Positions 24,348 to 33,918 of a DNA stretch of 64,000 bases are shown one piece after another (the first letter of the stretch is position 1; each line of letters starts with the position of its first letter). A model generated the notes under the pieces. It searched no databases, had not been told where the DNA came from, and saw only the letters and a list, made by a program, of their open reading frames with translations. Made by a program: the position numbers and the translations under genes. The stretch covers positions 1,181,339 to 1,245,338 of the forward strand of contig ML992510.1 of assembly GCA_010093995.1 (NCBI GenBank). The letters are read 5' to 3'. The stretch comes from Elsinoe ampelina (Eukaryota).

Positions 24348-25193
24348 ATGGCCACCTCTTTCCAGCAACCACAGAACGCTCACCAATTCCAACAACACAA
24401 CGCCTATTACCGACAGACATACTCGCAACCGGCGAACTTCACCCCGCCATCGTCAGTGACTCCACCGAACTCCAAGATCTCTCCAACAAATGTCGCCAAC
24501 CCACCCAAGCAGATCTATGCGCAAAGGTCTTGCGGTTATGTACCTGCAGCCTTGAGGCCGACAGTGCCCGCGCGAGTCCGCCGTCCTGACACTCCGCCAA
24601 GAAGCGCCCAGAGCAGCTTCGAGTCTCAATCTCCATCGCAGCAGTCTCGCTCGTCCAAGAGCCTCCCAGTCACACCAACCGATGATGTGAGCTCCTTCAT
24701 GGCACCTCTAAGCCAGGTGACTAGGGTTGTCACGGACGAATGGAACGAAGAGCTTGGAGAAGTCACTGGACAACCGACACGCGGTCACTGGAAGCCAGAT
24801 GCATCCGTCACTTGCTGCACATCCCCAACATGCGGTACAGTCTTCTCACTTTTGGCGAGACGCCACCATTGCCGTCGTTGTGGAGGCATTTACTGCTTCG
24901 TGCACAGCTCACGCAATGTTCCCCTCGACCAGGAAGCTCGCTTCCACCCCAAGGGTAGCCCCGGCCGCGCATGCGACAACTGCTACAGCGACTACAAGAT
25001 CTGGCAGTCCGAGCGCAAGAGCAGGGCAAGCAGCATCACTAGTGGTGGCACTTGTACACCACCAGTACACAGTATGGATGGTCCCGAGATCCGCGGTTCA
25101 GACTTCCTCGGCATCGAGCAGCGCAAGCAGCAGACCAACAATCACCTCACCAATCAGGAATCCGTCAGTGACTGGAACTGGAGCACCTTCTGA
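24348..25193 (+). CDS. FYVE zinc-finger protein
   Basis: HWKPD...C..P.C...F....RRHHCRRCGGIYC..HS...RACDNC. The ATG is in ACAATGG context. Confidence 0.88.
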   Translation: MATSFQQPQNAHQFQQHNAYYRQTYSQPANFTPPSSVTPPNSKISPTNVANPPKQIYAQRSCGYVPAALRPTVPARVRRPDTPPRSAQSSFESQSPSQQSRSSKSLPVTPTDDVSSFMAPLSQVTRVVTDEWNEELGEVTGQPTRGHWKPDASVTCCTSPTCGTVFSLLARRHHCRRCGGIYCFVHSSRNVPLDQEARFHPKGSPGRACDNCYSDYKIWQSERKSRASSITSGGTCTPPVHSMDGPEIRGSDFLGIEQRKQQTNNHLTNQESVSDWNWSTF

Positions 25194-25873
25194 TCTCCCT
25201 ACTTCCAACTCAGCAGCACATGACGCCACCACAAGTAGCAATGCCTGCTCAAGTGGCAAGGCGGAACTATCTTGCCGTTGACGTTATCTTCTCGGCAAGG
25301 ATCACGACACACCTAATGCATAACGAACTTTCTATTGGCATGTAAGCTAAGCAGCAGTCTTATTTTCGGAGTTTACTACAGGCCTGGGATGAGGAGGGGA
25401 TTCACGGCTTTGGAGCATCAATTGTACCATTACATTTTCTCTGACGGCTGGCAACATCCACGGCATCCACAATCACCACGACACTAGTGCGCCGACAAGG
25501 CCTTGACGGTCACTGTCGCTCCCCCAACACATTCAGCACCAAACACGTGATGTTTAATCCGCGTATACCCACAATAGAGACGCATCAGCTAGCGAGTGGC
25601 GAATCCAGCAATTTCCATATGAACCATGTGCACCAATCCTCGTGACACTGAACTCATTACCTTCATTAAATGTCATTCCTTCGTATGTCTCCGCTTCCTT
25701 ATCTCGTGGTCGGGGCATCTCCATGACATGGACGCATCTTGCGAGCCGCCACCGCATTTATCAAAATCCCATGTAAATCATCCGACCCACGAATTGCCTT
25801 GTGACAGCTGACCGACCAGTGGGTTTATCATAGGGGTGTTGTGTGCTTTCGTCACCCCCGTCAGTGTGATCCA

Positions 25874-26893
25874 TCATCCATCCTTGTCTCTTTGCTCAGC
25901 GACCTCACCCGGGGATCCTCCCTCCGACTTCCGATCACCACGTTCCGCAGCATCCGCGTCAACCTCACCATTGTGGTCATCATCTTCATCATCCAGCGCA
26001 TTCAGCGCAACAATCTTCTCCTCCGTCTCATCAATCTGCTTCAGCAGAAAAGCAATCGTCTTATCTCTCGCCTGATCCATGGCACGAAGGCGCTTCAGAT
26101 CCATTCCCGTGTAATCCATCTTCCTCGTCGGCGACGGCTGACCTTTATCCCCCGCCTCGCTCTTCCCCTCTAGACTCCCCAACAGCACCTTCTTCTGCTC
26201 GAGGAGCTTCCTCAGTGACAAGATCGACTCATCCCTCTCCTTGAGCTCCCGCACCAACCTCCCCATCTCTTCCGCCTGTGTCTCCCCTGCTCCTTCCTCC
26301 TGCACCTGGTGCGCCACCTTCCCTGCCCCAACCGTCGCGCCACTCTTCCCCTTCCCGAGCGAAGAGAAATACACCTTCACCGCCTCTCTCGCCACGTCCT
26401 CGATGTGCTTGAACCTTACCGGTCCGAGCATAACTCCTCCGTACCATCTCGCCACCACTAGACTCCCAACAACATTCAGATCCCCCAACACTCTCGCGAC
26501 GTGCTTGGCAGCGTACTGCTCCCCGTCGTCATCATGACCGGTCTGTAACGCACTCTTACTCATCCCAGCAGCGCCAAAAGCCAAGGTGGATTGCCGGCTC
26601 TTCTTCGTCGAGCTGAGTGGAGCTGAGACAGGGATGCGGTATGCTAGAATCTTGTGCGAGGCTGAGGAGAAGGAGGGGAGGTGTTGGAGGTCGTGAGGCG
26701 GGAGGGCAGGGGAGAAGAAGCCTTGGAAGGTGGACTTGCGGTCGTGGAGAGGGGAGGATTCGAAGATTCGGTCGGAGGCAGGTGGGGGAGAGGGGGAGCG
26801 TGTGCGCTTGAGGGATGTCGGCGGAGCTTGGATTGGTTTGGAGGGGTTGTCGGAGGGAGAGACGGTGAGATAGCCGTAGCGGGCTGATGCCAT
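25874..26893 (-). CDS. IMPACT/UPF0029-domain protein lacking an RWD domain, with a C-terminal coiled coil
   Basis: DRKSTF, ASHKILAYR, DDDGE and VARWYGGVMLGPVRFKHI. Confidence 0.85.
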   Translation of the reverse strand: MASARYGYLTVSPSDNPSKPIQAPPTSLKRTRSPSPPPASDRIFESSPLHDRKSTFQGFFSPALPPHDLQHLPSFSSASHKILAYRIPVSAPLSSTKKSRQSTLAFGAAGMSKSALQTGHDDDGEQYAAKHVARVLGDLNVVGSLVVARWYGGVMLGPVRFKHIEDVAREAVKVYFSSLGKGKSGATVGAGKVAHQVQEEGAGETQAEEMGRLVRELKERDESILSLRKLLEQKKVLLGSLEGKSEAGDKGQPSPTRKMDYTGMDLKRLRAMDQARDKTIAFLLKQIDETEEKIVALNALDDEDDDHNGEVDADAAERGDRKSEGGSPGEVAEQRDKDG

Positions 26894-27463
26894 TGATGTT
26901 TTGACGGCGCGCGGCCGAGTTTGTGTTTGTTCAATCCATAGCTGATGTGGTGAGAGAAAAGGAATCAATGTGAAGAGTTTGCTCAATGTTGTGAGTTCGC
27001 TTCTCCACCTTGATGGACAAATACCGGCTTCGCAGCTCGTCATCGCACTAGCCACATGCAGCCACTCGGTCGGGATCGGGGTGATCTACACTCCGTTGCC
27101 GATCAGACGCCACTCCACCCGCTCCCCTGCACTTTGCTCGACTACACCACTACAGGGCCGCGTGGCAATCGTCGCCTTTCCTCCACATGTTCCAGCTGTG
27201 ATCAGTACGCCTCGTCGAAGCTTCTTGAGGGTTCCGAACTTACTTTCCGATGTTTCGAGTCATAGATACACCGTTTTGGTTGGCTTGTGTCACCCGATAG
27301 GGGCACCAGCTTACGTCTTGCTCCACTCGTTACCTGGCTGCCTGGGAGCTTGAGCTGTCGTGGTTGCACAGGTGGGTGTCTATTTAGTTTCCTCCCTTTC
27401 CCTCTGCTGTTGCATCTCTACGTTTCATAACACTCCGAAAATACCTGCTTCTACACTTTAATC

Positions 27464-28717
27464 ATGAATTACAATCAACAAACACCCTTCGAATGGGCAA
27501 ACCTCTGGGATGTCGTCGACGACAACGTTCGTGCCAGCATCAACCCTACTGAAGGCGCTGACGGTCGTCGCGGCCGAGGTGGCAGACGCGGTGGCCGTGC
27601 CACTCAGCCTGATGAGTTCGCCGACTATTGGGCAAGTGCCTTTCGCGAGTGGGGTGCTCCATGGATGAACCTGCCAATGCATGGTGGTCCCCCTCGTCGT
27701 GGTCCTTACCCACCACCTCCAGGCCGCAGTGGCCCACCCCCACCACCACCACCTCCTCCTCCAGGTCATGAAGGCCCTCACCCTCCCCCACCTTGTCATC
27801 ATGGACCTCCGCCACCTCCACCGGGTCATGAAGGTCCTCACCCTCCCCCACCTGGTCATCATGGACCTCCGCCACCTCCACCAGGCCCTCACCCTCCCCC
27901 ACCCTGTCATCACGGACCTCCGCCACCTCCGCCAGGCCCTCATGGCCCCCCTCCTCCTCGCGACGACGACGATGGCCCAGTCGATCCTCCTTCCAGGTCT
28001 CCTACTCCACCCACTCCACCAACGCCGCCTGAAGAGCTCCCCGAGTATCCTGGACTCCCCCACGAACACCCCCACCATGGTCCTGGCGGCCCTCATCACC
28101 CGCGCCATTACCACCGCCACCACCCCCGCCACGGCAAAGGCAAAGGCCCCGAAGGTCACCACGACCACGACAAGTCGGGCGAACCCAGCCACCACCCCTG
28201 GCACCACCCCGGCTTCCCCTTCGGCCACCCAGGCCCCGGCCGCCGCGGTCGTCGCCACCGGGGCACCTTTGGCGGACCCCGCGGCCCCCGCGGCGGGCCC
28301 TTCGGATTCGAGTCCTGGAATCAAATGTTCCCCGACGGCGTCTTCGCCGAGGACAAGAAGACGGACACTTTCGAGCCGCAGTATGAAGTCTTTGACAAGT
28401 CCGACAAGGTCGTCGTTTTTGTTTCCCTGGCCGGCGCGAAGAAGGAGAATGTCGACGTCGCTTACGATGCGCCTTTGCATTCGTTGACGATTTCTGGGGT
28501 CGTGACGAGGCCCGAGGAGGTTGATGAGGAGATGTTTGCTCTCAGGACCGAGGGGAATAGAGATGTGGGGTATTTTAGGGTCGTGGTTGATTTGCCTGCT
28601 TTTTGGGGTGTGGTGGAGGATATCAAGGCGAAGATGGAGGATGGGGTGTTGAGGGTTGAGGTGGGGAAACCGGGGGATGAGGATTGGGAGGAGGTGAGGA
28701 AGGTCAGGGTCGAGTAG
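27464..28717 (+). CDS. Hsp20/alpha-crystallin-domain protein with a long Pro/His/Gly-rich N-terminus
   Basis: C-terminal FEPQYEVFD...VSLAGAKKENVDV...LTISG...GYFRVVVDLP...IKAKMEDGVLRVEV and a terminal V-x-V motif (KVRVE). Confidence 0.82.
   Translation: MNYNQQTPFEWANLWDVVDDNVRASINPTEGADGRRGRGGRRGGRATQPDEFADYWASAFREWGAPWMNLPMHGGPPRRGPYPPPPGRSGPPPPPPPPPPGHEGPHPPPPCHHGPPPPPPGHEGPHPPPPGHHGPPPPPPGPHPPPPCHHGPPPPPPGPHGPPPPRDDDDGPVDPPSRSPTPPTPPTPPEELPEYPGLPHEHPHHGPGGPHHPRHYHRHHPRHGKGKGPEGHHDHDKSGEPSHHPWHHPGFPFGHPGPGRRGRRHRGTFGGPRGPRGGPFGFESWNQMFPDGVFAEDKKTDTFEPQYEVFDKSDKVVVFVSLAGAKKENVDVAYDAPLHSLTISGVVTRPEEVDEEMFALRTEGNRDVGYFRVVVDLPAFWGVVEDIKAKMEDGVLRVEVGKPGDEDWEEVRKVRVE
27745..27960 (+). repeat. Coding tandem repeat, 51-60 nt units encoding PPPPPG(HEG)PHPPPP[C/G]HHG
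   Basis: CCCTCCCCCACC...CATCA[T/C]GGACCTCCGCCACCTCC recurs at about 27781, 27841 and 27892. Confidence 0.85.
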
Positions 28718-29527
28718 GAGGATGATGCATTTCTTGGTAGTATATAGCGGGCATGAATTTTACTTGTATTATTATCAGTCTACTCTTCTTGCACATGTTG
28801 ATTGGCCGCGCCTCGCATGTTTATGTCTGCTATACTCCCTCTCAATCAAATCTATACAACACCCCTCCAGACGATGTCTGGTTTGTCTCCGCCACGTTAA
28901 GCCCGGTGGAAGTTATGTACACCCTCCCTCGATCTCTCCTTCCCCTCCCAAGTGCCACACTCTTGGGAGGCAAGAAACAGCAGAACGAGAGAGATGTACA
29001 TGAGCACCATGATAGACACCTACGAGATGTATGTGAGGAGGAAGTCTAGACTTGCTTGCTCCAATATTCAAGGGTCATTGTCGCGTTTGCATAATGGGAA
29101 TGTCTTGCACCCGGACATGTTGCTGCTTGGCTCGAGATTGATCAACGAGCACGATTGTGGCCTCGCTTTGTTCTTGGCTGTTCTCTATACGAGTATTCGT
29201 GGTCGGCTTAGCTCATTAGTCTTCGGATCTTTGCACATACCGTGGACCTCGCATCGCACTCGGTATTCTATAATGCTAATTCAAGTTCTTTGTCGGCGAC
29301 TTGCGCTACAGGCATTGATGAGCGACGATGAAGAAAGGACGCATCCTGCCGCGAAATAGGGATATTTCCCCTCTTCGGAGCTCGGAGTTCGCCTTTGCTG
29401 TCGAGCGTGGGGTCCGATCTGATAACTTGTCGTTTATAATTTTTACCACGACATGTCCCGCCCTTTTCAACGTCTTTGAACTTCGTCTCTTTCTCCATCA
29501 CACACAAAAGGTAGGTATTACGGGAAC

Positions 29528-31060
29528 CTGCCACCAAGAGTATACAACACATCTCGCCGCTTGGCCTGTCGCGTACACGGCTTCAAAATTCCACCATCAT
29601 GCCTTGCACCCCAAACAGCCTCCTCTTCGAGACCGCCAGACTCCTCCAGAAGCGAGGTGTCAAATACGGGCTTGCATCATGAAGGACTGAAACAGACGAC
29701 GTCTCGTGACCCGCCCATCTACTTTCACGTCTCAGATGATGAGAAGACACCTACGCCATCCACGCCGACAAAGGATGAAACAGACGCCACCCCTCAAGAT
29801 GATGAGTCAAGCGGGGAGTGGTACCCAGAGGGCGGACGACAAGCCCGGCTCGTCGTCTTCGGAGCCTTCTGCGGCCTCCTGGGAGCACTAGGCGTCATGA
29901 ACACAGTCGGCACTTTTCAAGCCTATATCGCCCAAAATCAGCTCTCCGACTACACGGAAGCCGACATAGGCTGGATCTTCGGCCTCTACGCCTTCCTCTC
30001 CTTCTTCGGCGGCGTGCAAGTCGGCCCCATCTTCGACGCCAAGGGACCCCGCTACCTCGTCCTCGCCGGCTCGATCCTCTCCCTCCTCTCGACCTTCCTC
30101 CTCGGCTCCTGCACCAAATACTGGCACTTCCTCCTCGTCTTCGGCGTCCTCGGCGGCGCAGGCACCTCCCTCATCTTCACCCCCGCCATCTCCTCCATCG
30201 GGCACTGGTTCCTCGCCCGTCGTGGGCTCGCCACCGGCATCGCCATCTCAGGCGGCGGGCTAGGCGGCGTCATCTTCCCGCTCATGCTGCAGTCACTGTT
30301 CGACCGCCTCTCCTTCGCCTGGGCCACGCGCATCATGGGGATCATCTTCGTCCTGCTCTTCGCAGTCGCCAACCTCCTCATCCGCTCCCGTCTGGCCCCG
30401 AAACCAGGCTCGTCCGTCTTCCCGTCCCCTCGCGTCTTCCGCGACCCGGCATTCACCCTCACCACCTTTGGCACTTTCTTCCAAGAATGGGGCCTCTTCA
30501 CGCCCATCACGTACCTCACTTCCTACGGCATCCACAGCGGCGCAATGTCCACCGCCTTCGCCTACCAGCTCATCGCCATCTTCAACGCCGGCTCCGTGCT
30601 GGGGAGATGGCTCCCCGGTCTCATCGCCGATAAGCTGGGGCGGTACAACACCATGCTACTCGCGCTGCTGATTTGCGCCTTATCCTCTCTCGGGCTATGG
30701 TTGCCTGCCACCGTCCTCACGGGGCAAGGGGTGACGGATCCGGCGCTGATCCAGGGGCTGACGATCACGTTCGCGGCCGTCATGGGGTTCGGGTCCGGGA
30801 GTAATCTCTCGTTGACGCCTGTTTGTGTGGGCCAGCTGTGTGAGACGAATGAGTATGGGAGGTATTACGCGAGTTGTTACACCGTGGTGAGCTTTGCTAC
30901 GTTGACGGGGATTCCGATTGCCGGGGCGTTGGTGAGGGCTAGTGGAGATGAGTACTGGGGGTTGGTGGTGTTTACGGGGGTGTGCTACTTTGTGAGTCTG
31001 GCTGCGTTTGGGACGGTGAGGGTGCTGAAGGTGGGATGGGGTTGGAGAAGGGTGTATTGA
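29528..31060 (+). CDS. MFS monocarboxylate-porter family transporter (Mch4/Mch5-like); start uncertain
   Basis: [40 protein letters not shown] and about 12 hydrophobic segments. There is no in-frame ATG before TM1. Confidence 0.88.
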   Translation: MPPRVYNTSRRLACRVHGFKIPPSCLAPQTASSSRPPDSSRSEVSNTGLHHEGLKQTTSRDPPIYFHVSDDEKTPTPSTPTKDETDATPQDDESSGEWYPEGGRQARLVVFGAFCGLLGALGVMNTVGTFQAYIAQNQLSDYTEADIGWIFGLYAFLSFFGGVQVGPIFDAKGPRYLVLAGSILSLLSTFLLGSCTKYWHFLLVFGVLGGAGTSLIFTPAISSIGHWFLARRGLATGIAISGGGLGGVIFPLMLQSLFDRLSFAWATRIMGIIFVLLFAVANLLIRSRLAPKPGSSVFPSPRVFRDPAFTLTTFGTFFQEWGLFTPITYLTSYGIHSGAMSTAFAYQLIAIFNAGSVLGRWLPGLIADKLGRYNTMLLALLICALSSLGLWLPATVLTGQGVTDPALIQGLTITFAAVMGFGSGSNLSLTPVCVGQLCETNEYGRYYASCYTVVSFATLTGIPIAGALVRASGDEYWGLVVFTGVCYFVSLAAFGTVRVLKVGWGWRRVY

Positions 31061-31676
31061 AGAGGTGTCGATGAGGTTCCGGGCGTGTCTTGGTGAGGAC
31101 GTTCAATGTTTCCATTGGATTGCTGCATCATTTCGCTTATTGTGACTCTTTCAAATGTCATGCTTTTATGTGTAGCATGGTTTGTACATGTCTTTATGCT
31201 ATATACATCCTCGGCACAAGCTACAATGGACCATTCTCTTATCAATAGAGCTCGTTTGTGAACTACTAAATTCTTAACCTCCCATGGTAAATTGACATGG
31301 CTTCATTCTGTCATCATTCCGATACGTCTGACTCTTGTCTTGTATTACCATTGTCGCGCCCTGCAGCCCTAGCACTGTCCGTGCCCGTTTCTGTACCACC
31401 TTATCCCTTGCTGACATGCAGGGACACGAATTTGACAGCTCGGTCGCACAAAGTAGACTGCCGGACTTGCCTGTCAGGGTGAGGGATACGCACATTCGAT
31501 AGCGTGGCTTGACAGGGACGCCAACATGTGGTGAAACGTCCTGTGCTTCGGACTTCTGCCTGACTTGTTCCTTCAGCTTGTGGACAGCGAGGCATGTCCG
31601 AGCCACAGGAATCTGTTGGCAGAACCATGATGATCATGGACACTTCTTTGCCAGCGTGCTTCATCCAATCCTCATC

Positions 31677-32843
31677 TCAGACAAGAAAGGTCCAAAAGCT
31701 AGGATATACAAATTCATCCTCGAAGATCCTCCGGACCTGCTCAAGGATGAACTTTTCAATCTTACCCACGTTCTTCAGGACCTGCTTGCCGCCATCCTTC
31801 TGTCCCACTTCGCTCTCCAGTCTGATCTCCTCGATCAGACCACCAACTCGTGGTCGTTCACCTGTGCCGCCCGTGTGATCGTTTGGGTCTAGTACTGCCT
31901 CGGCATCCTCGGGTGCTAGGAAGCAAAAGTGCGCTTTCTTCTTGATGTAGGCTACTATTCCGATGCCGTCGAATTTGAGGCCGGTGACGTTGAGGAGGAG
32001 TGGGATTCCGACGAAACTTTGAGTGGGGTAGTCCAGCAGGATCTCGGCCGTGAGTGACAGCTTGACATTGCCGTCGTAGGATATGTGAGCAACCACTTGC
32101 AAGTCTTCAGGGCTAGCGTCGAGGTTGCTCCGCTGTGGTTCAAACATTGGTGATTCGTGACCGTCATGGAGTGGGTGATCGTCCCTTGAGGACTGCCATT
32201 CTTGGTGTCGCGAAGTAGGTCGTGAATTAGGTGTCATGGTCGAAGGAGGAGTGATGGAACCGAATGATGTAGCACGATTGCGATCCTGACTGGTACGACC
32301 ATGCTGATCAGACCAGGTGGGAAACCGAGCTCCTGCTACAGCCGCGAGTGGAGTGCTCGTGCCAGAAAGACCTGCAGACAGAGGTAGATGAAAGTAGCCT
32401 AGATTTGACATGCCACCTCCCATCAATCGAGGAGTGCTAGACATTAGAGGAGTGCTATCTAGAAAGGATGAAAGTCGAGAAGGGCCTGTTCCAAGGGCGT
32501 CAGTCCTGAGACGCAGTGATCGAGGATCCTCTTTCCTCGACACGTCTTCGGTCAGCTTTGCGGACGTCAGTCCACGCGAAGTAGTCTCCGAGCCCTGAGT
32601 GCCATTTTCATCCAGTCCTTCTTCGTCGTCCTCATAGAAGTCCGGGAGTGGGTCGCAAACATCTTTGACCACGATGGTTGGAGGGATACTGCCGAACTCG
32701 AAGGAATGGACTTTGACGGATCTGATTATACGAGGCAAGGCAACCTTCTGGAAACGATCGTCTACGAAAGCTCGTATGTTCTCCGCCAGAACAGCGCCAT
32801 CTGATCCGCCAGTCAGCTTGTCCCAATCGATGTTGATGGACAT
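31677..32843 (-). CDS. MDM12: ERMES complex subunit Mdm12 (SMP domain)
   Basis: MSINIDW..L, LPRIIRSVKVHSFEFG, DVCDPLPDFYE, and KQVLKNVGKIEKF...EDEFVYPSFWTFLV. Confidence 0.93.
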   Translation of the reverse strand: MSINIDWDKLTGGSDGAVLAENIRAFVDDRFQKVALPRIIRSVKVHSFEFGSIPPTIVVKDVCDPLPDFYEDDEEGLDENGTQGSETTSRGLTSAKLTEDVSRKEDPRSLRLRTDALGTGPSRLSSFLDSTPLMSSTPRLMGGGMSNLGYFHLPLSAGLSGTSTPLAAVAGARFPTWSDQHGRTSQDRNRATSFGSITPPSTMTPNSRPTSRHQEWQSSRDDHPLHDGHESPMFEPQRSNLDASPEDLQVVAHISYDGNVKLSLTAEILLDYPTQSFVGIPLLLNVTGLKFDGIGIVAYIKKKAHFCFLAPEDAEAVLDPNDHTGGTGERPRVGGLIEEIRLESEVGQKDGGKQVLKNVGKIEKFILEQVRRIFEDEFVYPSFWTFLV

Positions 32844-33627
32844 CTGCGGTCAAGATGGGTGTCAAGGGCGGGCAGGCGTCCAGTGTGTTTAGATATCTCC
32901 AGGCTTATCATATGGCATCTTCCAACAGGATGTAGAAGCCGAGTAGGAGTTGATGGTAGGTAGTAGCAGAGTCGGTAATGGCACGTGTTTCTTGGCGGCA
33001 TGAGTCGACGGCCGGCATCGAGTCAGCTACGACGAGTCATTCAATCAGGGCACATAATGCCTTCCCAAAATGTGGTCCATCGCACCGCTGCACCCATATC
33101 CGGCACTAATTCAGTGGCCATTCTTCTGATCATCTGGTTGGTCTAGTGGAGTTGCTGCAATGGCATCAACCGCCCGGCATTGCAATTGCACGAGTGGAAG
33201 GAATCTCGCCGAAGGATCACCGCCAGGGAACATGACAGGTCTGCATCTGCATCTCGTCGCACGGATGCTTCGGATCATGTTCCGCGCCGCAGGTTCAAGG
33301 ACGATCCCTGCCGGGGTTCCACCTGTTCAGCGTTTGTGAAGACTGCAACAGGAAGGACTTGTTCTCGTCAAGGATTGGAATGCTACCTTCTCTTTGGGTA
33401 TGTCTATCGAATGCCGGGGGCTCAACGTGACCCATCCTTTTCCCTGCGCGCTTCCTCGTCAACCTCCCCCAAATGTCCCGCCTGTCGTCACTGTTCTCAG
33501 AACGCGTTCCGTGCGTGCCAAAGAAAAAAAAAGAGACGCTCGAGCACGGATGGCTGACGCCAAAACGCCATGACCAAATGCGAGACAGACGCCGGACAAA
33601 TGCTCTACTGCAAACCAACAACGAACG

Positions 33628-33918
33628 CTAGCAAGGATGTGCATGTAGACGTCCCTGTAACCCGGCCGACTGATTCTGACTGTGGCTGCTGTGGCCGCGT
33701 GATGAATGTCCACGCCTGCACCAAGGTTAGCAAAGTCGGCTTCTCCTGTGCCGCATGATAAAAGGCACTCACTTTTGTGGACAAGTCGGACAGCTCTCTC
33801 GGTGAGATACTGTGGTGTTTGTGACTCTCGAGCAGCGGCCGAAGCGACCGTCTGCGCATGGTTGTCGTTGAGTGAATCGATGACCACATCGAAAGACGTG
33901 TATGATGTCTACACACAT
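33628..33918 (-). CDS. Small Cys/His-rich putative zinc-binding protein (49 aa unspliced; 77 aa with intron 33772-33716 removed)
   Basis: GCCACCATG Kozak context, MC-x8-CGH-x7-C-x7-C-x13-CPTC pattern, and a canonical intron GTGAGT...GCTAAC...TGCAG. Confidence 0.65.

Noticed and set aside
25874..27055. Calling the IMPACT-domain gene YIH1, or starting it at 27055
   Set aside because: There is no RWD domain. The upstream extension begins at GTG and looks non-coding, so ATG 26893 is preferred.
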